Origin: an uncultured Gemmatimonadales bacterium
GTDB taxonomy: Bacteria; Gemmatimonadota; Gemmatimonadetes; Longimicrobiales; RSA9
Reading direction: 5' to 3'
DNA length: 64,000 bases
Assembly (NCBI GenBank): GCA_963816355.1
Contig: CAWFKH010000001.1
Location: 96,001-160,000, forward strand
Position numbers and translations under genes: made by a program
The notes under the pieces: model-generated
Told to the model about the DNA's origin: nothing
Databases searched by the model: none
Seen by the model: only the letters and a program-made list of their open reading frames with translations
Part shown: piece after piece, positions 27,450-35,633 of the stretch
Layout: every line of letters begins with the position of its first letter
Numbering within the stretch: the stretch's first letter is position 1

Positions 27450-28894
27450 CACGACGCGCCCGGCCACGTCGGCTCCTCGCGGTGCGTCACGCGCGCCGCG
27501 ACACCGAGGTCGCGCTCGAGGTGGCGGCGCATGCGCTCGGCGAGATAGACGGAGCGGTGCTGGCCGCCGGTGCAGCCGAACATCACGGTGAGCGAGCGGA
27601 ACCCGCGGCGGAGGTACTCCTCGACCTGCGCGTCGACGAGGGCCGTGACGGAGTCCCAGAAGCGCGCGACCTCGGGCGCCGCCTCGAGGAAGCGGACGAC
27701 GGCATCGTCGCGGCCGCACAACTCGCGGTATTCGAGCTGCCGCCCCGGATTCGGCAGGCCCCGGCAGTCGAAGACGAAGCCGCCGCCGTGGCCGCCCCGG
27801 TCCTGCGGATAGCCGCGGCCGTAGGCGAAGCTGCCGACGTGCACCGTCAGGGCGCCGCCGTCGCCGCCATCCGCGTCGGCGCCGGCCCACTCGCGCGCGA
27901 TGCGGCCGAAGACGCGCTCGAGCTCCGGCAGGCGCAGCGGCAGGCCGTGCTCGACCATGACGGCGAGGTTGCGCGCGGCGAACGGGACACTCTCGAGGAA
28001 GCGCGGCTTGCGCTCGAAGAAGCCGCGGTAGCCGTAGGCGCCCATCGCCTGCAGGATGCGGATCAGGACGAAGCCGCGGTACAGCTCGAGGAAGCGGTCG
28101 CGGTCGACGGGCAGGAGGGCCGCAAGCGCGTCGAGGTAGTGGGCCAGGAGCCGCTCGCGCACCGCCTCCGGGATGTCCGCTTTGGCGTCGTAGAGCAGCG
28201 AGGCGAGGTCGTATTGCAGCGCGCCGCGGCGACCGCCCTGATAGTCGATGAACCAGGGACCGTCGTCGCGCAGCATGACGTTGCGGGACTGGAAGTCGCG
28301 ATAGAGGAAGTGGTCCGCGTCCGCCTCGAGCAGGAAATCCGTGAGGCGCTCGAAGTCCTCCTCCAGTCGCGCCTCGCTGAACGGCACGTGCGCCAGCTTG
28401 AGGAAGTGGTACTTGAAGTAGTTCAGGTCCCACTGGATCGACTGGCGGTCGAAGGCGGAGCGCGGGTAGGCGACGCCGTAGTCGACGCTGCGGCCGCCGA
28501 GCACCTGGAATCGCGGCAGCTCCTCGACCACGCGCAGGTAGTGCGGCACGATCGATTCCGGGAAGCGGCCGCCCTCCCGCTCGCGGGCGACCGAGAGGGC
28601 GTCGAAGAGCGTGGTGTCGCCCAGGTCCTCCTCCAGCCACACGCCCGCCTCCTCGTCCACACCGTAGATGCTGGGGACGCGCAGGCCGGCGCCGCGAAAG
28701 CAGCGGGAGTAGGAGAGGAACGCCCGGTTCTCCTCGCGGTCCGGCCCGATCGCGCCGACGGCGGTCGACCAGTCGCCGCCGATCAACCGGAAATACGTGC
28801 GGCTCGAGCCGTCGCCGGCGATCTCGACGATCGCCGCCGGCGCGGCGCCGAAGCGCTCCACGAAGAGCCTGGAGATGCGGTCGCGCAGAGTCAC
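27449..28894 (-). CDS. APH-family phosphotransferase (AmgK-like) fused to a RapZ C-terminal-like domain
   Basis: GDGSSRTYFR, EDLGD, YRDFQSRN, IDYQG, YDLASLL; C-terminal SFAY..GFVFDCRGLPNP..FGCTGGQHRSV. GTG start at 28894 inferred. Confidence 0.88.
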   Translation of the reverse strand: MTLRDRISRLFVERFGAAPAAIVEIAGDGSSRTYFRLIGGDWSTAVGAIGPDREENRAFLSYSRCFRGAGLRVPSIYGVDEEAGVWLEEDLGDTTLFDALSVAREREGGRFPESIVPHYLRVVEELPRFQVLGGRSVDYGVAYPRSAFDRQSIQWDLNYFKYHFLKLAHVPFSEARLEEDFERLTDFLLEADADHFLYRDFQSRNVMLRDDGPWFIDYQGGRRGALQYDLASLLYDAKADIPEAVRERLLAHYLDALAALLPVDRDRFLELYRGFVLIRILQAMGAYGYRGFFERKPRFLESVPFAARNLAVMVEHGLPLRLPELERVFGRIAREWAGADADGGDGGALTVHVGSFAYGRGYPQDRGGHGGGFVFDCRGLPNPGRQLEYRELCGRDDAVVRFLEAAPEVARFWDSVTALVDAQVEEYLRRGFRSLTVMFGCTGGQHRSVYLAERMRRHLERDLGVAARVTHREEPTWPGAS

Positions 28895-29109
28895 TTCTCG
28901 CTGCGTGTCCTGAGTGGGGAGGTCCGCCGTCGCTCCCGGTGCACGATGCGCACCACGGCCGAGGTGCGCCAGCGGCGCCGCCGCGACCGCCGCCGCGAGC
29001 GCGGCGACGAAGCCTTGCGCGCCGTGACGCATCGGCGCCTATTCGAAGGAGTCTCCGCGGACACGCGACGGTCCCGGAATCCCCTCCGCCGAACACCAGC
29101 AGATCGCCG

Positions 29110-30093
29110 ATGGAAACGAGACGCCCCACCGCGGCGGCGGCCGAAGAGATCCTCGGCGGCTACTTTCCCGTCCTCGACCACGGCTTCGTCGCGCTCGTCG
29201 ACTACATGGGCACCGACGACAGCGTCGAGCGCGCCGCGCGCGTTTCCTACGGCTACGGCACGCGCCGCGCCAGCGTGACACGGGGCCTGATCCGCTACCT
29301 CCGCCGCCACCACCACACCACGCCGAGCGAGATGGTCGAGGTGAAGCTCCACTGCGCGATGCCGATGTTCGTGGCGCGGCAGTGGATCCGTCACCGCACT
29401 GCGAACGTCAACGAGTACAGCGGCCGCTATTCGCTGATGCCGCTGCTCTTCTATACGCCGCCGCCGGAGCAGTTCGCCTTGCAGAGCGCGGCGAACAACC
29501 AGGGCAGGGAGGCGGAGGCGGCGGACCCGCACCTCTATCGCGAGGCGGTCGAGCGGTGGGAGCGGCTGCGCGCCGAGGCGGCGGACGACTACGGCTGGCT
29601 CGTCGGCAAGGAGGTCGCCCGCGAGCTGGCGCGCATCGACCTCCCGCTCTCGACCTACACCCAGTGGTACTGGAAGATCGACCTCCACAACCTGCTCCAC
29701 TTCCTCACGCTGCGCGTCGACCCGCACGCGCAGTGGGAGATCCGCGAGTTCGCCCGCGTCATCGCCGGCATCGTCAAGCGCGTCACGCCGCTCTCCTTCG
29801 AGGCGTGGGTCGACTACGACCTGTGCGGCGTCCGCTTCAGCCGCGCCGAGATGGACGCGATCCGCTCGCTGCTGCGCTTCGACGGGCACGGCCTCGGCGC
29901 CGCCGCGGACGCGGCGCCGCTCGACGAGCGCCACCTCGAAGAGCACGGGCTCTCCGCCCGTGAGATCCGCGAGCTCGCCGTCAAGCTCGAGCGTGCCGCC
30001 GTTCCGGACTTCGAGCTCGACGTTTCGCGCATGCTCAGTGCGGAAGAGATCGCTGCCCGCATGCAGGAGGCGGTGCCGACCCGCGTGTTGTGA
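29110..30093 (+). CDS. thyX: flavin-dependent thymidylate synthase
   Basis: AARVSY, HTTPSEM, RQWIRHRTANVNEYSGRY (RHR-x7-S), ELARIDLP, HAQWEIR. Confidence 0.97.
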   Translation: METRRPTAAAAEEILGGYFPVLDHGFVALVDYMGTDDSVERAARVSYGYGTRRASVTRGLIRYLRRHHHTTPSEMVEVKLHCAMPMFVARQWIRHRTANVNEYSGRYSLMPLLFYTPPPEQFALQSAANNQGREAEAADPHLYREAVERWERLRAEAADDYGWLVGKEVARELARIDLPLSTYTQWYWKIDLHNLLHFLTLRVDPHAQWEIREFARVIAGIVKRVTPLSFEAWVDYDLCGVRFSRAEMDAIRSLLRFDGHGLGAAADAAPLDERHLEEHGLSAREIRELAVKLERAAVPDFELDVSRMLSAEEIAARMQEAVPTRVL

Positions 30094-30252
30094 TCGAGGC
30101 GCGGTGAGCGGGTGAACGGCGCGGGAACGGTGGGCGTCGGCGGCGGGCGGGGTGCGGCGCGTGAGATCGGCGGCCGATGGAACGGCGAGGTGGGCGGCAA
30201 GGTGCCGCTGCGACGGCGCCTCGCCCCCCCACCTTGACCGGGCGTGGCGCGG

Positions 30253-30513
30253 CTACTTCAGGTGCTGGTTGGCGAGCTTTGTCATCTCGAACATCGAGAC
30301 CCGCGACTTGCCGTTGAAGACCGGCTTCAGCTTGGCGTCGGCGACGATCGTGCGCTTGTCCTTCGGGTCCTGCAGGTTGTTCTTCTTCACGTAGTCCCAC
30401 AGCCGCTTCGTCACTTCGGTGCGCGGCATCGGCTTGTCGCCGACGACCGCCGCGAGCTCGGGGCTCGGAGTCATCGGCTTCATGAATGCCGCATTCGGCT
30501 TGCGCTGCGCCAT
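30253..30513 (-). CDS. stand-alone SWIB/MDM2 domain protein
   Basis: GGAGG RBS; FMKPMTPSPELAAVVG..PRTEVTKRLWDYVKKNNLQD..VSMFEMTKL. Confidence 0.93.
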   Translation of the reverse strand: MAQRKPNAAFMKPMTPSPELAAVVGDKPMPRTEVTKRLWDYVKKNNLQDPKDKRTIVADAKLKPVFNGKSRVSMFEMTKLANQHLK

Positions 30514-30738
30514 GCTCGACCTCCGACGCTGTGTGTTGGCGATAGGTGCCGGTGGTTCCCGGCCCGGGAGTGCCGGCTCACCGGCGCCCCCACGTTGCAG
30601 GGGGGAGGGGGTTTTCGCAAGACGCAGCGCTCGGGGCTCGCCTTGCCGCGCCCCACGCAGGGCCGGCATCTTGGGCCCCGAGGCGCGGGTCCGCGACGAC
30701 CGCGCGCCGTCCTCCCGAACCCCGGACCAGGCAAGCGG

Positions 30739-32043
30739 ATGATCGTCGTCGTGGGCGCCGGCGTGACCGGACTCGCGCTCTCGCGCGAGCTCGCCCGCCG
30801 CGCCGCGGAGCACATCGTACTCGAGGCGACCGACCGCGTGGGCGGCGTGATCCGCACCCGCCGCGCCGGCGACACCGTCCTCGAGGCGGGGCCACAGCGT
30901 ACGCGCTTCACGCCGGCGATCCGCGAGCTCGTGGAGGAGCTGGGAATCGAATCAGAGCTGCTTCTCGCGCCCGCCGACCTCCCGCTCTTCGTCTTCAGCC
31001 GGGGCCGCCTGCGCCAGGTGCCGTTCACGCCGCTGCAGCTCCTCCGCGGCGACCTGCTCTCCTGGCCCGGCCGGCTGCGCCTCCTCGCAGAGCCGCTCAT
31101 GTCGCCGGCCGGCCGCAACGAGAGCGTGGCGGCGTTCCTCACCCGCGGCTTCGGGCCGGAGGCGTACGCCCGCATGCTCGGCCCCCTCTTCGGCGGCCTC
31201 TACGGCTCCGACCCGGCCGAGATGCGGGTGCGCCACTCGCTCGGGCCGCTCCTCGACGACCTCGGCCTCGCGGACCGCAGCCTCGTCCTCGCGGCGTTGC
31301 GCCGCTCCGCGTCGAAGCGCCGCGCCGCCGACGCGTGCTCGTTCCGCGGAGGCCTCGAAACGCTCCCCGCCGCGATGGGGAAGGCGGCACTCGCGCGGAT
31401 CCGCCTCGCGACGCCGGTTCGCGCGATCCGACGCCGCGGCGAGGGCTACGTCGTCGAAGCGGGCGGCGAGCGGATCGACGCGCGCGCCGTCGTGCTCACG
31501 ACGCCAGCGGAGGCGGCGTCGCGACTGCTGCGCGCCGTCGCCGCGCCCGCCGCGGACGCGCTGCGCCGGCTGCACTACAACCGCCTCGCGATCGCATACC
31601 TGCGCTCCGGCCTGGACGCGCGCGGCCTCGGCTACCAGGTCGCGCTCGGCGAGCCGCTCGAGACGAGGGGCGTCACGTTCAGCGCCAGCCTCTTCGGACC
31701 GGAGGCGGCCGACGCGCGCGGCACCCCGACCCGCTCCGCCAACGGTCGCGGCGGCCTCTTCACCGCCTTCCTCGGCGGCTCCCGCAATCCCGGTCTCGTG
31801 GAGATGCCGGACGACTGGATCGGCGAGGTGGCGTGCAACGAGTTCCGCACGGCGACCGGCGCGGATGCGGAGGCGATCGCGATCGAGCGCGTGCGGATGC
31901 CGGCCTGGGACCGGAGCTGGGACGCGACCGATCACCTCGATCTGCCGCCCGGCCTCCACCTCGCCGCCAACTACGAGTCGCGCGTCGGCATCCCCGGCCG
32001 CCTCGCCCGCGCCCGCAAGCTCGCGGCCGAGCTCACCGGCTGA
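30739..32043 (+). CDS. hemY: HemY-type proto/coproporphyrinogen oxidase
   Basis: VVGAGVTGL FAD motif, RVGGVIRT, EAGP, GGLYGSDP, FRGGLETL; adjacent to hemH/hemE. Confidence 0.88.
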   Translation: MIVVVGAGVTGLALSRELARRAAEHIVLEATDRVGGVIRTRRAGDTVLEAGPQRTRFTPAIRELVEELGIESELLLAPADLPLFVFSRGRLRQVPFTPLQLLRGDLLSWPGRLRLLAEPLMSPAGRNESVAAFLTRGFGPEAYARMLGPLFGGLYGSDPAEMRVRHSLGPLLDDLGLADRSLVLAALRRSASKRRAADACSFRGGLETLPAAMGKAALARIRLATPVRAIRRRGEGYVVEAGGERIDARAVVLTTPAEAASRLLRAVAAPAADALRRLHYNRLAIAYLRSGLDARGLGYQVALGEPLETRGVTFSASLFGPEAADARGTPTRSANGRGGLFTAFLGGSRNPGLVEMPDDWIGEVACNEFRTATGADAEAIAIERVRMPAWDRSWDATDHLDLPPGLHLAANYESRVGIPGRLARARKLAAELTG

Positions 32044-33118
32044 GCGGCGCGGCGTCGCCCGCGCCCGGACGGCCGCCGTTCGTGCAGCGCGTCGCCGGCG
32101 TACTCCGGCAGAGGCACGCCACGAGCGGCACGTCCGCCCGCCCGCGCCCGCCCGCGAGCGGCTCGACGAGGTCCGCGAGCAGCGAAGCGAATCGGGGGTC
32201 GTCGTGCGGCACCGGCACGCGCCGGAAGGCGAGCCCCGCCGCCGCCGCGACGCGGCGGATCTCGACGTCCAGCTCCGAGAGCGTCTCCGACTGCTCGTGC
32301 ATGAAGGAGATCGGGACGACGACGACGCCGTCGACCGCGCCGGCGAGGCCGCGAATCGCGTCGTCCGTCCCCGGCTGCGTCCACTCGACCGGCCGATTGG
32401 TGTGGTTCTGGTAGCCGATCGTGTACCGGCGCACGCCTGCGCGCTCCGCCACCGCCGCGCAGTTCTCCCGCACGTAGCGCTCGTAGCGGCTGCCCTGCTC
32501 GATGTAGCGCAGCGGGATCCCGTGCGCCGAGAAGACGACGCGCCACGGCCCGTTCAGATCGAGCCCCTCGCCGCCGGCGATGTCGCGTATCCCCTCCGCC
32601 CGCAGCTCCACGTAGTCCGGGTGCGCGTGCCAGCCGCTCAACTCGCGCAGCGCGACGTCCCACGCCTCCGCCTCGACCGCGCGCGCGACCTGCGCCAGCG
32701 CCGCCACCGTCGTCGAAGGCCCGCACAGCGGATACACCGGCAGCGCGACCAGCAGCTCGACGCCGTCCACGCGCGCCCGCCGCACCGTGTCCTCGATCAA
32801 CGGCTCTGTGAACTGCATGCCGGAGTAGACACGGGCGTCGACCCCGCGCCGCCGCAGCTCCGCTTCCAGCATCTCCGCCTGCCGCGCCGCCTGCGCGTTG
32901 AGCGGGGAGCCGCCGATCGCCTCGTACTCCTCGATCAGACCGGGCGCCCGCCGCGCCGCGAGCTGCCGGCTCCGCTCGCGCCGCTGCTCCTCCGTCGCCG
33001 CTCCCTCGATCGCCGCGTTCGTGAAGAATATCCGCTCGAGGAACGGCACGACCTCCTCCATCGTCGGCCGCGCCGGCTCGCCGAAGTTGATCACGACCAC
33101 GCCGACGCGCCGGCTCAC
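32033..33118 (-). CDS. hemH: ferrochelatase
   Basis: VINFGEP, YEAIGGSPL, FSAHGIP, GYQN..WTQP, ISFMHEQSETLSELD; GTG start overlaps the hemE stop. Confidence 0.93.
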   Translation of the reverse strand: MSRRVGVVVINFGEPARPTMEEVVPFLERIFFTNAAIEGAATEEQRRERSRQLAARRAPGLIEEYEAIGGSPLNAQAARQAEMLEAELRRRGVDARVYSGMQFTEPLIEDTVRRARVDGVELLVALPVYPLCGPSTTVAALAQVARAVEAEAWDVALRELSGWHAHPDYVELRAEGIRDIAGGEGLDLNGPWRVVFSAHGIPLRYIEQGSRYERYVRENCAAVAERAGVRRYTIGYQNHTNRPVEWTQPGTDDAIRGLAGAVDGVVVVPISFMHEQSETLSELDVEIRRVAAAAGLAFRRVPVPHDDPRFASLLADLVEPLAGGRGRADVPLVACLCRSTPATRCTNGGRPGAGDAAPLSR

Positions 33119-34143
33119 GCGCCGGCTCCGTAATCGTGGACGAAGTCGACGACCGCGCGGATGACGTCCGGGTCGGTGCCGGGCAGCACGCCGTGCCCGC
33201 CGTTGAAGATGTGGCCCGCGCGGCCGCCGACGCGGTCCAGCACGTCGCGCGCGGCACGCAGCGCGACGTCGCGCCCCGCCAGCAGCGCGCTCGGATCGAG
33301 GTTGCCCTGCACCGCGCGGTCCTCCCCCACGACGCGCCACGCCTCGTCGATCGGCGTGCGCCAGTCCAGACCGATCGCGTCGCCGCCCGCCTGCGCGATC
33401 AGGTGCAGCAGCGCCGGGTTTCCGGTCGCGAAGTGGATCGTCGGCACGCCGGCGTCGCGGCACCGGTCGAGCACCCGCTTCGAGTGCGGCGCGACGTAGC
33501 GCTCGTAGTCCGCGGGCGAGAGGCTGCCTGCCCACGAGTCGAAAAGCTGGATCGCCGCCGCGCCCGCTTCGTGCTGCGCGATCGCGTATTCCGCCTGGTG
33601 CTCCGCCCAGAAGCCGGCGAGCCGCTCCCACGCCTCCGGCTCCCGCAACATGAACGCCTTCGTCTCCTCGACGTTCTTCGACGGCTTGGGCCCCGCGACG
33701 AGGTAGGTGCACAGCGTGAACGGCGCGCCAACGAACGCGAGCAGCGGAACGTCCAGGCGCGCCACCAGAAGGCGGATCTGGCGCATCGTGTAGTCGAGCG
33801 CTTCGCGCGGGTCGTACGGCCGCAGCCGGTCCACGTCCGCGGGCCGCTCGATCGGCGCGCTCACCACCGGACCCGCTCCGGCACGCAGGTCGACCTCCAG
33901 GCCCGCCGCGAGAAACGGCGTCGAGAGGTCGTTGTAGAGGATCGCCGCGTCGACCGGGAAGTACTCCAGCGGCAGCTCCGTGACCTTCGCCGCCGCCTCC
34001 GGGTCGCGGATCACGTCGAACATCCCGCGCTCCGAGCGCACTTCCCGGTATCGCGGCAACGAGCGACCCGCCTGGCGCATGAACCAGACCGGCGTCGCAT
34101 CCGTCGGCTCGCGGCGCAGCGCACGCATGATTCGATCGTTCAT
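33115..34143 (-). CDS. hemE: uroporphyrinogen decarboxylase
   Basis: PVWFMRQAGR, DAAIL, GAPFTL, QLFDSWAG, VQGNLDP, HIFNGGHGV. Confidence 0.97.
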   Translation of the reverse strand: MNDRIMRALRREPTDATPVWFMRQAGRSLPRYREVRSERGMFDVIRDPEAAAKVTELPLEYFPVDAAILYNDLSTPFLAAGLEVDLRAGAGPVVSAPIERPADVDRLRPYDPREALDYTMRQIRLLVARLDVPLLAFVGAPFTLCTYLVAGPKPSKNVEETKAFMLREPEAWERLAGFWAEHQAEYAIAQHEAGAAAIQLFDSWAGSLSPADYERYVAPHSKRVLDRCRDAGVPTIHFATGNPALLHLIAQAGGDAIGLDWRTPIDEAWRVVGEDRAVQGNLDPSALLAGRDVALRAARDVLDRVGGRAGHIFNGGHGVLPGTDPDVIRAVVDFVHDYGAGA

Positions 34144-34232
34144 CGCCCCTCCATCGCCTCGCCCGGGTTCGCTCGGGAGGAGGTTACCGGATGCGCGCAG
34201 GCCGGGCAACAGGCCGCGCCGAACGCCCGCGC

Positions 34233-34336
34233 CGAACGGCCGCGCTACCGCCGCGCGTTGCCCGGCGCGGCCGCGCCGAACGGGGCCGCGGCGAACGGCC
34301 GCGCTACCGCCGCGCGTTGCCCGGCGCGGCCGCGCC
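34233..34336. repeat. 45-bp perfect direct repeat pair (period 59) in the divergent hemE intergenic region
   Basis: CGAACGGCCGCGCTACCGCCGCGCGTTGCCCGGCGCGGCCGCGCC at 34233-34277 and 34292-34336. Confidence 0.9.
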
Positions 34337-34372
34337 AGCCATGTTGACCGCCCGCATGCAACGGAGGCACCG

Positions 34373-34825
34373 ATGATCGTCGCCAAGCGGGCCGGGCTCG
34401 GAGCGCGCTTCCGCCTGCTCGAGGATGGCCGGGAGATCGCGGACGTGCACCCGCCCGTCCTGCGCGGCACCGGTACGATCGAGGCGGAGGGACGGACGTT
34501 CGCAATTCGGCGCGACGGATTCCTGCGGCCGCAATTCCGGCTGGTCGACGGTGACCACACTCTGGCGCACGCCGAGCCCGCGTTCCTCGGCAGCTTCGAA
34601 GTCACCGCGCTCGACCGCCGCTTCACGCTGAAGCGGACCCGCCTGTTCCTCCGCCGCTACGAGCTGCTCCACGGCGAGCGCGCCGTCGGGTCGCTGACGC
34701 CGACGAGCCCGTTATCCTTCTCCGCCGAGGTCGACCTCCCGGCCGATCTGCCCATCGCCACGCGCGCGTTCCTCGCCTTCATCGTGCTGCGTCAGTGGCA
34801 CCGCGCCGCCGCCGCCGCCGGCTGA
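34373..34825 (+). CDS. hypothetical protein (beta-meander plus C-terminal helix, possibly LURP-one/tubby-like)
   Basis: GGAGG RBS; coding-like codons; repeated beta strands then DLPIATRAFLAFIVL helix. Confidence 0.7.
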   Translation: MIVAKRAGLGARFRLLEDGREIADVHPPVLRGTGTIEAEGRTFAIRRDGFLRPQFRLVDGDHTLAHAEPAFLGSFEVTALDRRFTLKRTRLFLRRYELLHGERAVGSLTPTSPLSFSAEVDLPADLPIATRAFLAFIVLRQWHRAAAAAG

Positions 34826-34961
34826 CGCGCGCGCCCGCTCGTCTCGCTCCCGCCCCCGCGCTGCGCCGGAGCTCCCCAGCGGCGCCGCGGCTTGTCCCCC
34901 GCACGCGCCCTCCACATCTTCGCGGGTCCGCTTTCCGCTGCCCGAACCCGGAGGATCCCCG

Positions 34962-35582
34962 ATGAACCGGACTTTGTCTCTCGCGATCGCCGCTGGACTG
35001 CTCTGCAGCGTGGCGGCGTTCGGCCGGCCCGCCCGCGACGCCGCGCCGGCCCCCTCGCCGCGCCCCGCTCCGCTGGCGGCCGCGACGGCTCCTCACGCCG
35101 GCGTGATGCAGACGCCGGCAAGCCCCGTCACGGCCACGGTCAAGGCGATGCTCGAGCGGCAGGCGAAGAACCTGGTCGGAGCGGCGGAAGAGATGCCTGC
35201 GGACAAGTACGGCTACAGCCCCACGAAGGATCAGATGACGTTCGGTCATCTGATGGCCCACGTCGCCGGCTCCAACGCCTTCGTCTGCTCGAAGATCGCC
35301 GGCTCCGCCGCGCCGGCCGGCACGTCGGCGAAGGACAGCGAGGGCAAGGAGAAGATCGTGGCGGCGCTGAAGGCGTCCTTCGATTACTGCCGCACGGCGC
35401 TGGGCGCGTTCGACGACTCGAAGCTCGGCAACGAGGTCGAGTTCTTCGGCGGCCGCAAGGCGACGCTCGCGCGAGCGATCATCGAGCTCCCCGCCGACTG
35501 GGGAGACCACTACGCCACCGCCGCGAACTACCTGCGCCTGAACGGACTGCTCCCGCCGTCCGCCAAGCGCGGCGAGATGTAA
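34962..35582 (+). CDS. secreted DinB-family protein
   Basis: Signal peptide; AAEEMPADKYGYSPT..MTFGHLMAHVA..HY..YLRLNGLLPPS. Confidence 0.88.
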   Translation: MNRTLSLAIAAGLLCSVAAFGRPARDAAPAPSPRPAPLAAATAPHAGVMQTPASPVTATVKAMLERQAKNLVGAAEEMPADKYGYSPTKDQMTFGHLMAHVAGSNAFVCSKIAGSAAPAGTSAKDSEGKEKIVAALKASFDYCRTALGAFDDSKLGNEVEFFGGRKATLARAIIELPADWGDHYATAANYLRLNGLLPPSAKRGEM

Positions 35583-35633
35583 GCGGGAAAGCAGCGTCGC
35601 CGCGGGTGCGACCGCTCGCGCCCGCGGCACGCC

